Shown: one piece after another, positions 25,536-37,937 of the stretch
How positions within the stretch are numbered: the stretch's first letter is position 1
How the letters are laid out: each line of letters starts with the position of its first letter
NCBI RefSeq assembly: GCF_028641065.1
Contig: NC_073400.1
Coordinates: 15,066,001 to 15,130,000, forward strand
Direction of reading: 5' to 3'
Length of the DNA stretch: 64,000 nucleotides
Source of the DNA: Leucoraja erinacea
Taxonomy: Eukaryota
The notes under the pieces: model-generated
What the model saw: the letters and a program-made list of their open reading frames with translations, nothing else
Told to the model about the DNA's origin: nothing
Database searches by the model: none
Made by a program: the position numbers and the translations under genes

Positions 25536-26053
25536 CAAATCAATATCTCTACCAATGTCCACATGGTGTACCTTCAGCTCAGAAATATTAATCAAGGCAA
25601 AAGCGCAAGTAATGGTTTATTGCCTTGTCTTGAACTGGGTACAAACTTTAGTTACCGTGCAGTAGAACTGCTGTATATTTTTCATCAAGATTTATATCTC
25701 AAATATAGGCTTGTTTTCTCCCCCCCATCCCCCGTCTACTCAACATTTCATACAGATTCTTTGGGTATTCATCTCCCAAGGCTCCTGTATCCAATAAATC
25801 ATCCAAGTGTACAACAACCCTGGGAGTGCCCAACAGCAACCTCTCCGTGTTTCAATGAAAGACAGCAGATCCTGGCAAAGCTACAAAGGGTGGTCAATAT
25901 GAATACGCTCTGTGTGTGCTGACGGACATTAACTCTTTAGACTGCTCCTCCAAGGATATCTATCAATATCCACGACTCAAAATCTTGTACTTAAAGATTT
26001 GGATACATTCCAGGAATTAGACTGTATTAACAATCAGCTTGAAACCAAATATT

Positions 26054-26345
26054 TCAGTTTAGTTTGGAGAAACAGGCCCTTCAGCCTACTGAGTCCAAGC
26101 TGATCATCGATCACCCGTCCCCTCTTCACACCAGTTTGGTTGTCCCTCTTTCTCATCTACTCCGTACACATTAGAGGCAATTTTACAGAGGCCAATTGGC
26201 CCCCAAACCCACGGATCTTTGCAATGTGAGAGGAACCCCATGCAGTCACAGAGAGAAGGCACAAACTCCACACATTCAGTAACTGAGTTCAGGATCGAAC
26301 TCGGGTCTCTGACACCGAGGAAGCAGCTCCATCAGCTGTGCTAAC
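26054..26345 (-). mobile_element. HE1/V-SINE (older, diverged)
   Basis: GGATCGAACTCGGGTCTCTG reverse B box and AAACAGGCCCTTCAGCC tail. Confidence 0.7.
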
Positions 26346-26731
26346 CCACAGAATTTACGTAGACTACAAGGAACAAAAGCCAATGAGGAAATCTAAATAT
26401 ACTGTACATTTTCTAAGATACCCAGAACATAGGGAAAATGCATCATAAGTATACAATGGCCATATGGCCCTGGAACCTATTCCAATATGGTATTGGCTGA
26501 TCGAATGCCTTGTCTAATTTCCAACCCATATCCTCACTGTTTAAATTGTGGCAATCTTAACCTTAAAATGTCTTAGAGAGAGCAGAGAGAGAAGGTGTCA
26601 CAACATTTCCAAAGGGATGAACAAAACTACTTCAGAGTAGGGACACCTTGAAAAGATTTGGAAGTGTGGTAGCAGAAAATTGTTGCAGATGCTGGAATCT
26701 AGAGAAACAAACAATCCGTAGAAAGAACTTA

Positions 26732-27739
26732 AGATAGACACAAAAAGCTGGAGTAACTCAGCAGGACAGGCAGCATCTCTGGAGAGAAAGAATGGGTGAC
26801 GTTTCGGGTCGAGACCCTTCTTCAGACTGGTTAGGGATAAGAGAAATAAGAGATATAGATGATGTAGAGAGATAAAGAACTATGAATTAAAGATATGTGA
26901 AAAAATAACAATAAGAAGTGAAACAGGTCATTGTAAGCTGTTTGTTGGATGAAAACGAGAAGCTAGCGTGACTTGGGTGGGGGAGGGGCTACCTGAGGTT
27001 CGAGAAATCGATATTCATACCACTCGGCTGTAAGCTGCCCAAGCGAAATAGGAGATGCTGTTCCTCCAATTTGCATTTAGCCTCACTCTGACAATGGAAG
27101 AGATATAGGACAGAAAGGACTGTGTGGGAATGGGAAGGAGAATTAAAGTGTTTAGCAACCGGGAGATCAGGTAGGTCAACGCGGACTGATCTAAGGTGTT
27201 CAGCAAAACGATCACCCAGTCTACGTTTGGTCTCACTGATGTATAAGAGTACACATCTTGAACAACAGATACAGTAGATGAGGTTGGAGGTGTAAGTGAA
27301 CCTCTGTCTAACCTGAAAGGACTGATGGGGTCCATGGACAGAGTCGAAGGAAGATGTAGTTAGTGGTGGGATCCCGTTGGAGGTGCCGAACATTTCGGAG
27401 GATCATGTGTTGTATGCGACGGCTGATGAGGTGAAAGGTAAGGACTAGGGGGACTCTGTCTCTGTTGCGACTGGGGGAGAGGGAGCAAGGGTAGAGCTGC
27501 AAGGTACCGAGGAGACATGAGTGAGGGCTTCATCTATGATGTGAGAGGGGAACCCCCATTCCCTAAAGAATTAGGTCATCTCGGATGTCCTGGTATGGAA
27601 CACGTCATCTTGGGCACTAGATGTGGTGTAGACGGAGGATTTGGGAGTAGGTGATAGAGTCTTTGCAGGAAGCAGAGTGGGAAGTAGTGTAGTCGAGATA
27701 GTTGTGAGAGTCAGTGGGTTTATTATAGACTTCAGTCGA
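26732..27739 (-). mobile_element. Penelope-like retroelement, 5'-truncated (RT C-terminus, GIY-YIG endonuclease and terminus)
   Basis: ORF 26989..27393 NLIYCICCSRCVLLYISETKRRLGDRFAEHLRSV...LEEQHLLFRLGSLQPSGMNIDF. 13-bp TSD TAGAAAGAACTTA (26719-26731 and 27740-27752). Confidence 0.92.
26794..26829 (-). ncRNA. Minimal type-I hammerhead ribozyme motif (Penelope-associated)
   Basis: Reverse strand reads CAGU-CUGAAGA-A-GGGU(CUCG)ACCC-GAAAC-GUC-ACCC: CUGANGA and GAAA core boxes, stem II, palindromic ACGU stem III and a GUC cleavage triplet. Confidence 0.7.
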
Positions 27740-30290
27740 TAGAAAGAACTTAGTGGGCTGAGCAATATCTGTTGGGAAATGGACAATCGATGTTTAAACA
27801 TCCATTTCCTTCCATGGATGATGTACAGGTTTGTAGATTAATTGGCTTTGGCATAATTTTAGGTTGTCCCTAGTATGTAGGATAGTACTGGTGTATAGGA
27901 TGATCGCAGGTCGGCACGGACTCGGTGGGCCGAAGGGCTAAAGTCTAAAGTCCCTTCAGGAGATCGTTTGTTGTTCTAGATCCCAGCATTTGCAGTCTCT
28001 TATATCTCCTTGAAAATGCTCCATGACTGAATGTCAAGGGCTTCCTGGGATAGAGAACTTAAGATTTACAACCCTTATGGAAAATACTTTCTTTCCCATA
28101 TATGTCCAATTGGCTAACCTTGTCTTCTTAAACTATTAACCCATTTCGAGGGCTTTCAGCTGAATGAAATACCATCTGCCCCATCAATCTCTCTCAGAAA
28201 TATTTCATGTTTCATTGAGAGCATATCTCCTTCTAAACTTCAGTGAGTATAAATTAATTTTCCTCTGACAATTTTATTTGCCAGGAATCAGTCCAGACAA
28301 CTTGCACTGCACTGACTCCAAGTTTAAATCACTGTGCAAGTATGGAATCCAAAACATCAGAAATTACATATTTGGTTCCACAACATCCCTGTATAATTGC
28401 AGCAGGACATCCTTACCTTTGTACTAAAACACTCTTGGAATAAACACCAACACACCATTATCCTTTCCTAACTGATTGCAGTAATTGTAGTCCCAAAGAA
28501 CCGCAGATGCTGGTCTACCAAAAAAAGTGCTGGAGCAACTCTGGAGAACTCCAAGGATATACAGGTTTGTAGGTTCATTTGCATGGTATAAATGTAAATT
28601 GTCTCTAGTGTGCGTAAGATAGTGTTAATGTTCGGGGATCGCTGGTCGGCGCCAACTCAGTGGGACAAAGGGCCTGTTTCTGCGCTGTATCTCTAAACTA
28701 AACTAAATTAAACAACACAGATAGGTGACGTTATGGGTCGGACGTTATGACCCTATCCATGTACTCCAAAAACATGCTGTCTGACCGGCTGGGTTATTCC
28801 AGCACTATTTCTTTTCAGCAACTGTATTTTTATTTTAAGTAATTATACAATTATTTTCTGTGCAACATGGGCATATCAACGTTTCTATTTACCGTACTAT
28901 TTCCCAAAAACATTGAAAAAAGTAATCTGTATTTACATTCTTCCTAACAAAGTCAACCCAATCAATTGAATACACTGCATATCTTTTCCATGGAAGGGGG
29001 ATCAATAGCCAGAGAGCTTAATTTTTAAGGGCAGCATGGTGGAGCCGCTGCCTCAACAACGCTAGAGACCTGGGTTCAATCCTGGCCTTGTGGGCTGTCT
29101 GTGTGGAGTTTGCACAGCCTACCTTGTGGGTTTCCCCCCACATCACAAAAACATGCAGATTTGTAGGTCGATCTATGTTGGTCTCAATTCCTCTTGTGTG
29201 TCAGTTCACCATAACCCTCGACCTTGCAAATATTTAGCTGCTCTCTAATGGTATTGTGGTTGTCCCTTTAAGTGCTGGCTACAGGGATAGCATCTGCATG
29301 ATTAAATGTCAGCAGCTGCAAGAACATGCAATCAATAGAATTTATTGAGCTGAAAAAGACACTAAATGAGATTACAGAGGGAAACCCAACAAATGCAATT
29401 ACGGTGAACCTTACAGTTGAAGATTGTAATCTTTACAGAAGTTTCACAAAGACCATTAGCGTGACCACAATGCTGTTTTTATTCCATTAAGAGCAAGTAA
29501 AGCAACTGCTAGGCTTTATTTTCATCTGCCTCGCAGCTCAATTTTCCAGAAAGAGGTGCAGGAAGGAATTGCAGATGCTGGTTTAGACACAAAAAGCTGG
29601 AGTAACTCAGCGGGTCAGACAGCATCTCTGGGGAAACTGGAAATAGGCAACGTTTCAGGTCGAGACTCGTCTTCAGACCCGAGAGTTTTATAGTATTCAT
29701 TGCCAAGCTGAATATCCATAGTATATTCAGGTCTGTACTCGACTCACTCCGGAAGCAGGTGTGGAAAGCTGGAAAACATGGCCACCAGATTCAAGAACAC
29801 CTTCTTCCAAGCAACCATCAGGCTCTTGAACACTACGCAGCACTAACCTCAGTAACTATGATCTTCTGTGGGACATGTCTTTGGTTTCACTGTGACCTGG
29901 CTTTTGCACTATTATTGAATCTCAGAAAAACTATGGCCCAAGAACAGGCCCTTCAGCCCACAATGTCTGCGCCAAACATGAGAAAAAGATAAACTAACCT
30001 CGTCTGCCTACACATGTTCCCGCATCCCCCCCCCATTCCCTACATATCCACGTGTCTATCTTAAAGCTTCTTAAAAACCACTAATATATCAGCCTCCACC
30101 ACCACCCCTGGCAGCATGTTCAAGGGACCCAACTCACTTTGTATGAAATACCTACCCCAGACATCACCTTTAAACTTTGCCCTTCTTACCTTAAAGTTAC
30201 GCACTATAATCTTTGACAATTCCATTGTGGGGAAGGCGGTTTTGACTCTCTAACCTACCAATGCCTCATGATTTTTATGTGTACCTAATA

Positions 30291-30596
30291 TTTAGTTGAT
30301 TTTAGAGACAGCACAGAAACAGGCCCTTCAGCCCACCGAGTCCGCGCCAACCAGCGATCCCCATACACTCGCAATATCCCACACACTAGGGATAATTTTG
30401 TAATTTTACCAAAGCCAATTAACCTACAAACCTGTACCTTTGGAGTTTGGGAGGAGACCAGAACACCTGGAGGAAACCACACGGTCAGAGGGAGAAGGTA
30501 CAAACTCCGTACAGATACCACCCATGGTCAGGATTGAACCCAGTTCTCTGGCGCTGTTAGGCAACAACATTATCGCTGCGCCACAATGCCGCGCCT
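30291..30596 (-). mobile_element. HE1/V-SINE
   Basis: Full reverse-strand copy. Confidence 0.85.
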
Positions 30597-31222
30597 TAGT
30601 ATTCATTTATTGAGTTTTTGCATTATATATATTATCTGTATGGTAGAGTTTACAGGCCTGCAGAGTTACAGAAATTAAGTGTTTCATTTTCTATTGTGGC
30701 ACATATGACAATTAAACACCATTGACTCAGTATAAAGGACTCAGCTGCAAGGCTGAGTTTGCAGCAGATCTCGACCTTAGTCTCACCCATCTATTTGTTG
30801 TTGATGCATTAGCCCATGACAGCGTCAGCCCAGTAATCAATGCAGGTTTTGTAGGAGAACCTTTATAAGGCTGCATGCACTGCCACAACCTTACACACAA
30901 TTGCCTGACAACAGACGGGGCAATGAAGAGATTGCAGGGCTTTGAAAACCACAATAATTTGTACCCTTAGTGCCAGGCACATCCCGCCTCTATCATTATA
31001 GCAAGCCGAAGTGCAAGCTCTAGTTCAACAGGAGTGAAATAGTGGGCTGCGAGCAACACCAGATACATTCAACAATGAAATATTAACCTTGAGAAGTCTA
31101 CATGCATGCTGAACAATGACAACAGTATAATACAGACCATGTTAAGCATCATAACACAAGGTAGCATCTCCACAATGCTACTGTGGCAGATTCTTAATGA
31201 GGGTGGACAGGTAAACTACTAA

Positions 31223-31492
31223 AATAGACACAAAATGCTGGAGTAACTCAGCGGGCCAGGCAGCATCTCTGGAGAGAAGGAAGAGGTAACATTACAGGTC
31301 AAGAACCTTCTTTGCAGACTGAAGGTCTCAACCCAAAACATCACCTATACCTTTTTTCCCCGAATCTGAAGAAGAGTTTGACTCAAAATGTCACCTATTC
31401 CTTTTCTCCAGAGATGCTGCCTGACCCGCTGAGTTACTCCAGCATTTTGTGTCCATCTTCGGTGTAAACCAGCACCTGCAGTTCCTTGAAAC
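31223..31492. mobile_element. Penelope-terminus fold-back element with a duplicated hammerhead segment
   Basis: Inverted arms GACACAAAATGCTGGAGTAACTCAGCGGG and CCCGCTGAGTTACTCCAGCATTTTGTGTC. Two degenerate CTGAAG...AAAA..TCACCTAT units lie on the plus side. Confidence 0.75.
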
Positions 31493-31852
31493 ACAGTTAA
31501 ACTACTAATGCAAGGAGGAAGGGGCTCCTTGAATATCTTCATCTCAACGATGGTGCAAACCAAAGGTTCAAAGGTTCAAGGTTGAAGGGGAAAATCAACC
31601 ATTTTCAGCTTCAAGTGCCAAGTGGAAGGTATATCTAGACCTCGTCCGGTGACATCAACGGTCACAGAAGCTAATTAAATGCAATCCATTCGATGTGAAG
31701 CAATGGATGATTTCACTAGGGGCAGAGGTGACAGGCTCCTGGCAACCTTGTAACCATGTGTAACGCCGAAGGTGGCCTTCAGGAACAGCAACAACAGTAG
31801 ACGAATAGTGAAAAGTTGGCCAAAACCACCCACCTCATAAAATACACGATAA

Positions 31853-32012
31853 TTCGAATGCAGTCACGTATCAAAGTGAAAAAGATTTGCAGCACCATCT
31901 GAATATTCATAAACCAGACACCGAGGGGAAATATTTTAACTGTGAGATTTGTAGTGCCAGGTTTGATAAACAAATTGATTTGCATCATCATCTAAAAATT
32001 CACAAACAAAAT
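31853..32012 (+). pseudogene. Relic of tandem C2H2 zinc-finger coding sequence (one intact finger and one damaged finger)
   Basis: FNCEICSARFDKQIDLHHHLKIH (31935-32003) fits F-x-C-x2-C-x3-F-x5-L-x2-H-x3-H. It is preceded by YQSEKDLQHHLNIH and an out-of-frame FECSH. Confidence 0.75.
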
Positions 32013-32021
32013 ATTTCTGTT

Positions 32022-32120
32022 GTGAAGGATCGGGCCTATCTATCACAATCTCTCTGTAGCCTCTCGTGTTCCTACGTGTTGGAATTGCCGTACCAGGCCA
32101 TGATGCAACTGGACAGAGTA
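32022..32120 (-). mobile_element. Rex1/Babar RT fragment
   Basis: Reverse strand encodes TLSSCIMAWYGNSNT*EHERLQR. Confidence 0.7.
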
Positions 32121-32193
32121 GTGGGACCAACTTAACATCCAATCAATATTCCATCATTGTCACCAATTGTCAGTCTGGACGCTTCTGTGTTTT

Positions 32194-32390
32194 TTAGTTT
32201 AGTTTAGAGATACAGCACGGAAACGGGCTCTTAGGCCCACCGAGCCAGCGCTGATCTGCGATCATCCCGTACACCAACACTATCCTACACACTAGGGACA
32301 ACTTACAATTTTACTGTAGACAATTAACCTACAAACCTGAACATCTTTGGAATGTGGGAGCAAACCAGAGAAAACCTGGAGAAAACACAG
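32194..32390 (-). mobile_element. HE1/V-SINE 3' half
   Basis: TTTAGTTTAGTTTAGAGATACAGCACGGAAAC tail. Confidence 0.8.
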
Positions 32391-32486
32391 ACTGATGATA
32401 AAGTCCTGATGATAAATTATCAGACTCCCACAGCTTCAAACAGAAACAGCTGCTGAAATTTAGAAGGACACGATGTGCTTGATTAA

Positions 32487-32808
32487 TGGACCTGTCCCAC
32501 TCACGTGACTTTTTCGGCGACTGCCGGCACACATCATGGGACGTTGCAGGTCGCCGAAAATTTTCAATACATTGAAAATCCAACGGCAACCAGAACAAGG
32601 TACGACTCTTTGGGCGACTACTCACGACCATCCAGGCTTCACCCCGCGACATGTCGCCACTGTATTTTCCTCAGTCGTCTCCTCAGTCGCCCAAAGAGTC
32701 GTAGCGTCTTTCTGGTCGCCACTAGATTTTCACCATGTTGAAAATTTTCGGCGACCTGCAACAGGTACCGGCAGTCGCCGTAAAAGTTGCATAAGTGGGA
32801 CAGGCCCA
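32487..32808. mobile_element. PIF/Harbinger-type MITE
   Basis: TIRs of about 45 bp: TGGACCTGTCCCACTCACG..GGCGACTGCCGG and CCGGCAGTCGCC..GTGGGACAGGCCCA. TAA TSD (32484-32486 and 32809-32811). Confidence 0.88.
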
Positions 32809-32945
32809 TAACACAGAGAGTCAGCCAGCTTCTCTGGACGTTTCAGTTCAGAAACCTTCTACAGACTGATTGGAGGGGGATGTTTTGGCTTGTCTCGTCT
32901 TGTGGTCATCACTCCCAAAGAGTCCACCAGGGACTATACTGGAAG

Positions 32946-33150
32946 CATCCTACACCCACTAGGGACAATTTTTACATTTACTAAGCCAATTAACCAACAA
33001 ATCTGTACGTCTTTGGAGTGTGGGATGAAGCTGAAGATTTCGGAGTAAACCCACGCAGATCACGGGGAGAACGTACAGACTCCATACACACAGCGCCCGT
33101 AGTCGGGATCGAACCGGGTCTCCGGCGCTGCATTTGCTGCGCCACCGTGA
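32946..33150 (-). mobile_element. HE1/V-SINE
   Basis: GGGATCGAACCGGGTCTCCGGCG reverse B box and V-core. Confidence 0.8.
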
Positions 33151-33219
33151 CTGGTGGGAAGAAACCAGGGAGAGAAGCAATGCAGGGCAAAGTGTGGCAG
33201 CCAACAGATGGAATGCGTC

Positions 33220-33450
33220 AGGAGAAACTGCAGGTGCTGGTTTAAACCAAAGACAGACACAAAATGCTGGAATAACTCAGCGGGTCAGGCAGCATCACTG
33301 GAGAAAAGGAATAGATGACGTTTCAGGTCGAGACCCTTCATCAGACCTGGGTCTGAAGAAGGATGTCGACCCGAAACATCACCTATTCTTTTACTCCAGT
33401 GATGCTGCCTGGCCCGCTGAGTTACTCCAGCATTCTGTGTCTGTCTTTGT
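33220..33450. mobile_element. Penelope-terminus fold-back palindrome with hammerhead-like motifs on both strands
   Basis: Centre: GACGTTTCAGGTCGAGACCCTTCATCAGACC-TG-GGTCTGAAGAAGGATGTCGACCCGAAACATCACC. The arms are inverted. Confidence 0.82.
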
Positions 33451-36400
33451 TTTAGATAACAGGTGGATACAGGCAAGGGGAGGGTTTGATCGGCAGATGG
33501 TTGGAACGAAGGCCAGAGATAAAAGCAGAAGGTGTGAGGCAGGATTGAAGCATTTGCTAGAATAATTGCTGGCCGGATCTGGCAGAAAGGGCTTTCATCT
33601 GAAACAATTACTACATTTCACACTCCTCTGCTGCTGCTGCTCCACCATTTACTCATTCGTCCCTTTGCAAAACACTGTCCTGCGTACTTCTCACAATCGA
33701 GACCGATTTCTTGTTTAAAGTGCTTAGATTTATACAATGCATCAAAATATTAGGAAGCAGGGAATTTGTGTTGGTGTGAACCATGATGGGGGGGGGGGGG
33801 GGGGGGGGGTAGTGATTTCAATTAAAGTCAAATAAAGCAACATGAAAAATGTAATGCCACCAATGAAATGGGATACACAATTTGCATTTGTTACCTAACA
33901 TTTCTAAAACCCAACTTAAAGAAATCATAAAATGCTGTGAAAAATTGCAGTGAAATTATCAAAGCTCCCACTGTACTATTTATGACTTTAAACTTGCATG
34001 GTGCGAGTGCTGGGTTTGTTAGCCTCAGGCAGGCTGATTGATTGAAAGGACTATTCCTCTGCCACATATGAAATTTGCAAAATAACCTCCCATCAACCAT
34101 GGTAGATGCTGTGTTCATTAGCTCCTTGTAAATGGAGGGCAATCACCATTTGCCTATGAAAGGGACTCGTTTATAATTTGGACATAATTGTTGACATATG
34201 CATTCAAATGCTCCTTGGATCAGTGCTGATCCTGTCTCTCTATCCACATCGGGAATTCATTCCGGGATGTGCAACCAAGTGGAAATAAATAACAAATTGC
34301 AAGTCTAGATTGCCGTTCCGGATTATTCACTTGATGCGTTATGGGATTAGGAAAAAACTCTGGAGTATTCTTTTTGTGGAAGAGATTTCATTCCAGCGAG
34401 CTTTTAATCAATGTGTGGTGCTGGAAGAAACACGCTTTGTGTTTAAAGATCCCTACGTTCTTATGGTCTTTTATACAACCCAGCCATTGATCCAAACTCA
34501 TTTCTTGTGAATCAGCAGGAACATGCATCCATAAAACATAGAACAATACTGCACAGAAACAATGTGTGCGCTAAACGCAATGCCAAGATAAACTGATTTC
34601 ATGAATCTATCAAAACCTTGAACTGCTGATGTAAAAACTTTCTATTGGCCCTGTAATCTCATCTGCCTGCATATGATCCTTATCCCTCTATTCCCTGTAT
34701 ATCCATATGCCCAGATAAAAACCCACTTAAACACCACAATCATATCTGCCTCCATCACAACTCCTGGCAGCTTATGCTAAGCACCAACCACTCCGTAAAA
34801 AAATAAAACTCACCCCACACACATCTCCTTTACACTTTGCCCCTCTCACCTTAAACCTCTCCCCTCTGGGAAAATGCTTCTGAATATCTACCCTCTTGTG
34901 AATATATGCACCATCAGGTCTCCCTTCAACCATCGATGTTCCAGAAAAAACAATCCAAGTCTGTCCAACCTCTCCTGTTGGATAATACCCTCCAATCCAG
35001 GCAGCGTTATGGTCAACCTCTTCTGCACCCTCTCCAAAGCCTCCACATCCTTCCTGAAATGTGGGGACCAGAACTCAAGTCAAGAGTGTTTTATTGGTAC
35101 ACGTACTGAAACGGAACAATGTAATTCCTACTTGCAGCAGCACAACAGATATGTAAACATTGTAGTTTGTAAAACCCATAATAAACAAACAGTGCAGCAT
35201 ATATAAAAACAAGCAGACAAATAAATAGACAATAATCGTGTAATTCGTATAAGTCAATATAGTTTGGAGCATATTTGGAGGCAGTAGTGTTTAATAGCTC
35301 AATGGTTGGAGGGAAGAAGCTGCTCCTGAACCTGGACGTTACAGTTTTCATGCTCCTGTACCATCTTCCCGATGGAGGAGTGAAATGAGAGTGTGGCCAT
35401 TGTGATGTGGGTCTCTGCCTTTTTGAAGCAACACTGACCAGCGATCCCCATACACGAGCACTATACCCAAGGACAATTTACAATTTCACCAAAGCCAATA
35501 AAACACACCTGTATGTCTTTGGAGTGTGGGAGGAAACCAGAGCACCCGCAGAAAATCCACATAGTAATGGGGTGAACATACAAACTCTACAGATGTGCCG
35601 CCCTTCTCATCACAGTTCACTGTTCAACAGCAGAAAAGGCTAATTTCAAGGCCATTAAATCTAGCACATCCTGGATCTAAATTAGAATTTTCCCATAAAA
35701 ATAGAAAGCATGATAAAATGTGTTTATCCCATGAGAACAGCCCTTCAAGCCTGGCTTTCATCCATTGTATGACTCATTAAATCAGGTCACTACCTTGTGA
35801 TGTGCGCAGTGAAGCCGTACCAATTATTACTGACCCAATATACCTTGATTTTCACAAACATGTTCTCCAATTTCTTTTCCAATTAAAACAATTACTAAAT
35901 GTGTGGGAAGGAATGGCAGATGCTGGTGTACACCGAAGATAGACATAAAATGCTGGAGTAACTCAGCAGGGACATGCAGTATCTCTGGACAGAAGGAATG
36001 GACAAAGTTTTGTGTCAAGAAACAATGACTAAATGGGCAGAAAATTGCTGTTCCCTTTTAGCTAAAAACCATGAAACTAATTATCTTGTCACCTGAACAA
36101 TAATCTTTATATTTCCAATCATTTAAACCAGATGATTCCATTTATACCTCACGCTGCCTCGGCAAGGCCAGCAGCACAATCAAGATTGAGTCACACCCTG
36201 GCCACTCCCTCTTCTCCCCTCTCCCATCAGGCAAAGAAGTGTGAAAATGCACACCACCAAATTCGGGGACAGTCTCTTCACAGCTGTTATCAGGCAACTG
36301 AATCATCCTACACGACCAGAGAGCAGTGCTGAACTACTATCTACCTCTTTGATGACCCTCGAACTATCCTTGATCAGACTATGCTGGTTTTACCTTGCAC

Positions 36401-36514
36401 TAAACGTCATTCCCTTATCATGTATCTATACACTGTAATTGGATCAAATGTAATTGTATTGTGTGTTGCTAACTGGTTAGCATGCAACAAAAAGCTTTTC
36501 ACTGTAACTGTAAA

Positions 36515-36940
36515 CTATCTATGCCCCTCAATTTCATGCACTACTATCAAGTCTCCCTTCAACCTCCAGAGAAAACAATCCAAGTCTATCTAACCTCTCC
36601 CTGTAGCTAATGCCTCCTAATCCAGCTATCATTCCAGCAAATCTGCTCTTCACCCTTTCCAAAGCGTCCACATCCTTCCTGTAATGGGACAACCAGAATT
36701 GCTTGCAATGCTCCAAATGTAGCCTAACCAAAGTCTGATCAATCTGCATTTCAAATTCCTGACTCAAACTCAATGTCCTGATCAATGAAGTCAAGCCCAC
36801 CATACTTTACCATTATACTTGCGTTGCTACTCTCAGCAATTTGGACCTCGAGATCCCTCTGTACAGTATTGTTAAGGGTCTTGCCATTAATTGTATATTT
36901 TCCCCTTACATTCAACCTCCAAAAGTGCAACACCTTAAAC
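36515..36940 (-). mobile_element. CR1/HER1 RT C-terminal fragment
   Basis: ORF 36534..36803 TLVRLHLEHCKQFWLSHYRKDVDALERVKSRFAGMI.GL..ISYRERLDRLGLFSLE. Confidence 0.85.
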
Positions 36941-37937
36941 GAGGGCGACACGGTGGCGCACCTTACAGCGGCAGAGAACTGGATTTGAGACAGACTGGGG
37001 GTGCCACTCTGACCGCGTGGGTTCTCTCCGGGTGCTCCAGTTTCCTCCCACAAGCAAAAGATGTACAGGGTTGTAGGTTAATTGGCTTCAGTAAAATTGT
37101 AAATTGTACCCAGCGTGCAGGCTAGTGTTAGGGTACAGGGCGATCGCTGGTCTGGGCGGACGGTGAGCCTGTTTCCGACCTGTATCTCTCATATAAAGTT
37201 GCATCAATAAAGTTTCATCTGCCATTTCTCCACACATTTCTGATCTGTAGCTATAATTTGACAGCCTTTGTCACAGTCTGCGACCTCAGCAACCTTGGTG
37301 TTACCTACAAAGTTACTAACCCACCCACGTTTACACCAAAGAATAATTTTCTCACTTTAGTTGCAAATAGCTTGTACTTTATTTTTTTTTTTTTAAATGG
37401 GTCCCCTCTTCCGAGACTACTTATTCATGGAAAACAACAGATATGGCAAGCCATTTAATTTTGCAAATTTGGACGAGATTTTCTCTTGTTCTTCCAAGCA
37501 ATATAGTCCCTATCTACTCAATCTCTTTCATCCAGTCAACCAACCTCCTTGCAACTAACCAAGTGAATCTTTATCCAATCTTCTATGACAAGGACATCCT
37601 TTCTAAGATAATAACTGTACACAGTACTCCAGGGTCAGTCTTACCAAGGTCCTATGCACCTGCAATAATAATTCAGCATGCCTGCAATCAAACAATGTCT
37701 AACAAGCTATTTCTTCTCCCAAGTGCTTTCTCAATGCTGGGCTTTAATGACATGCATAGAAACACACCTAGTTCACTTTGAAGATCAAGTACCTCATCTC
37801 ATCATTTATTAGTCATTCTGCCAGCACCAGATCTGGCAAGCTATTTAATTTTGTAAATTTCTATGAGATTTTCTCTCATTCTTCCAAGCAATATGATCCC
37901 AAACCACTCAATCTCTTCCGTACAGTCATCTGGTGTT

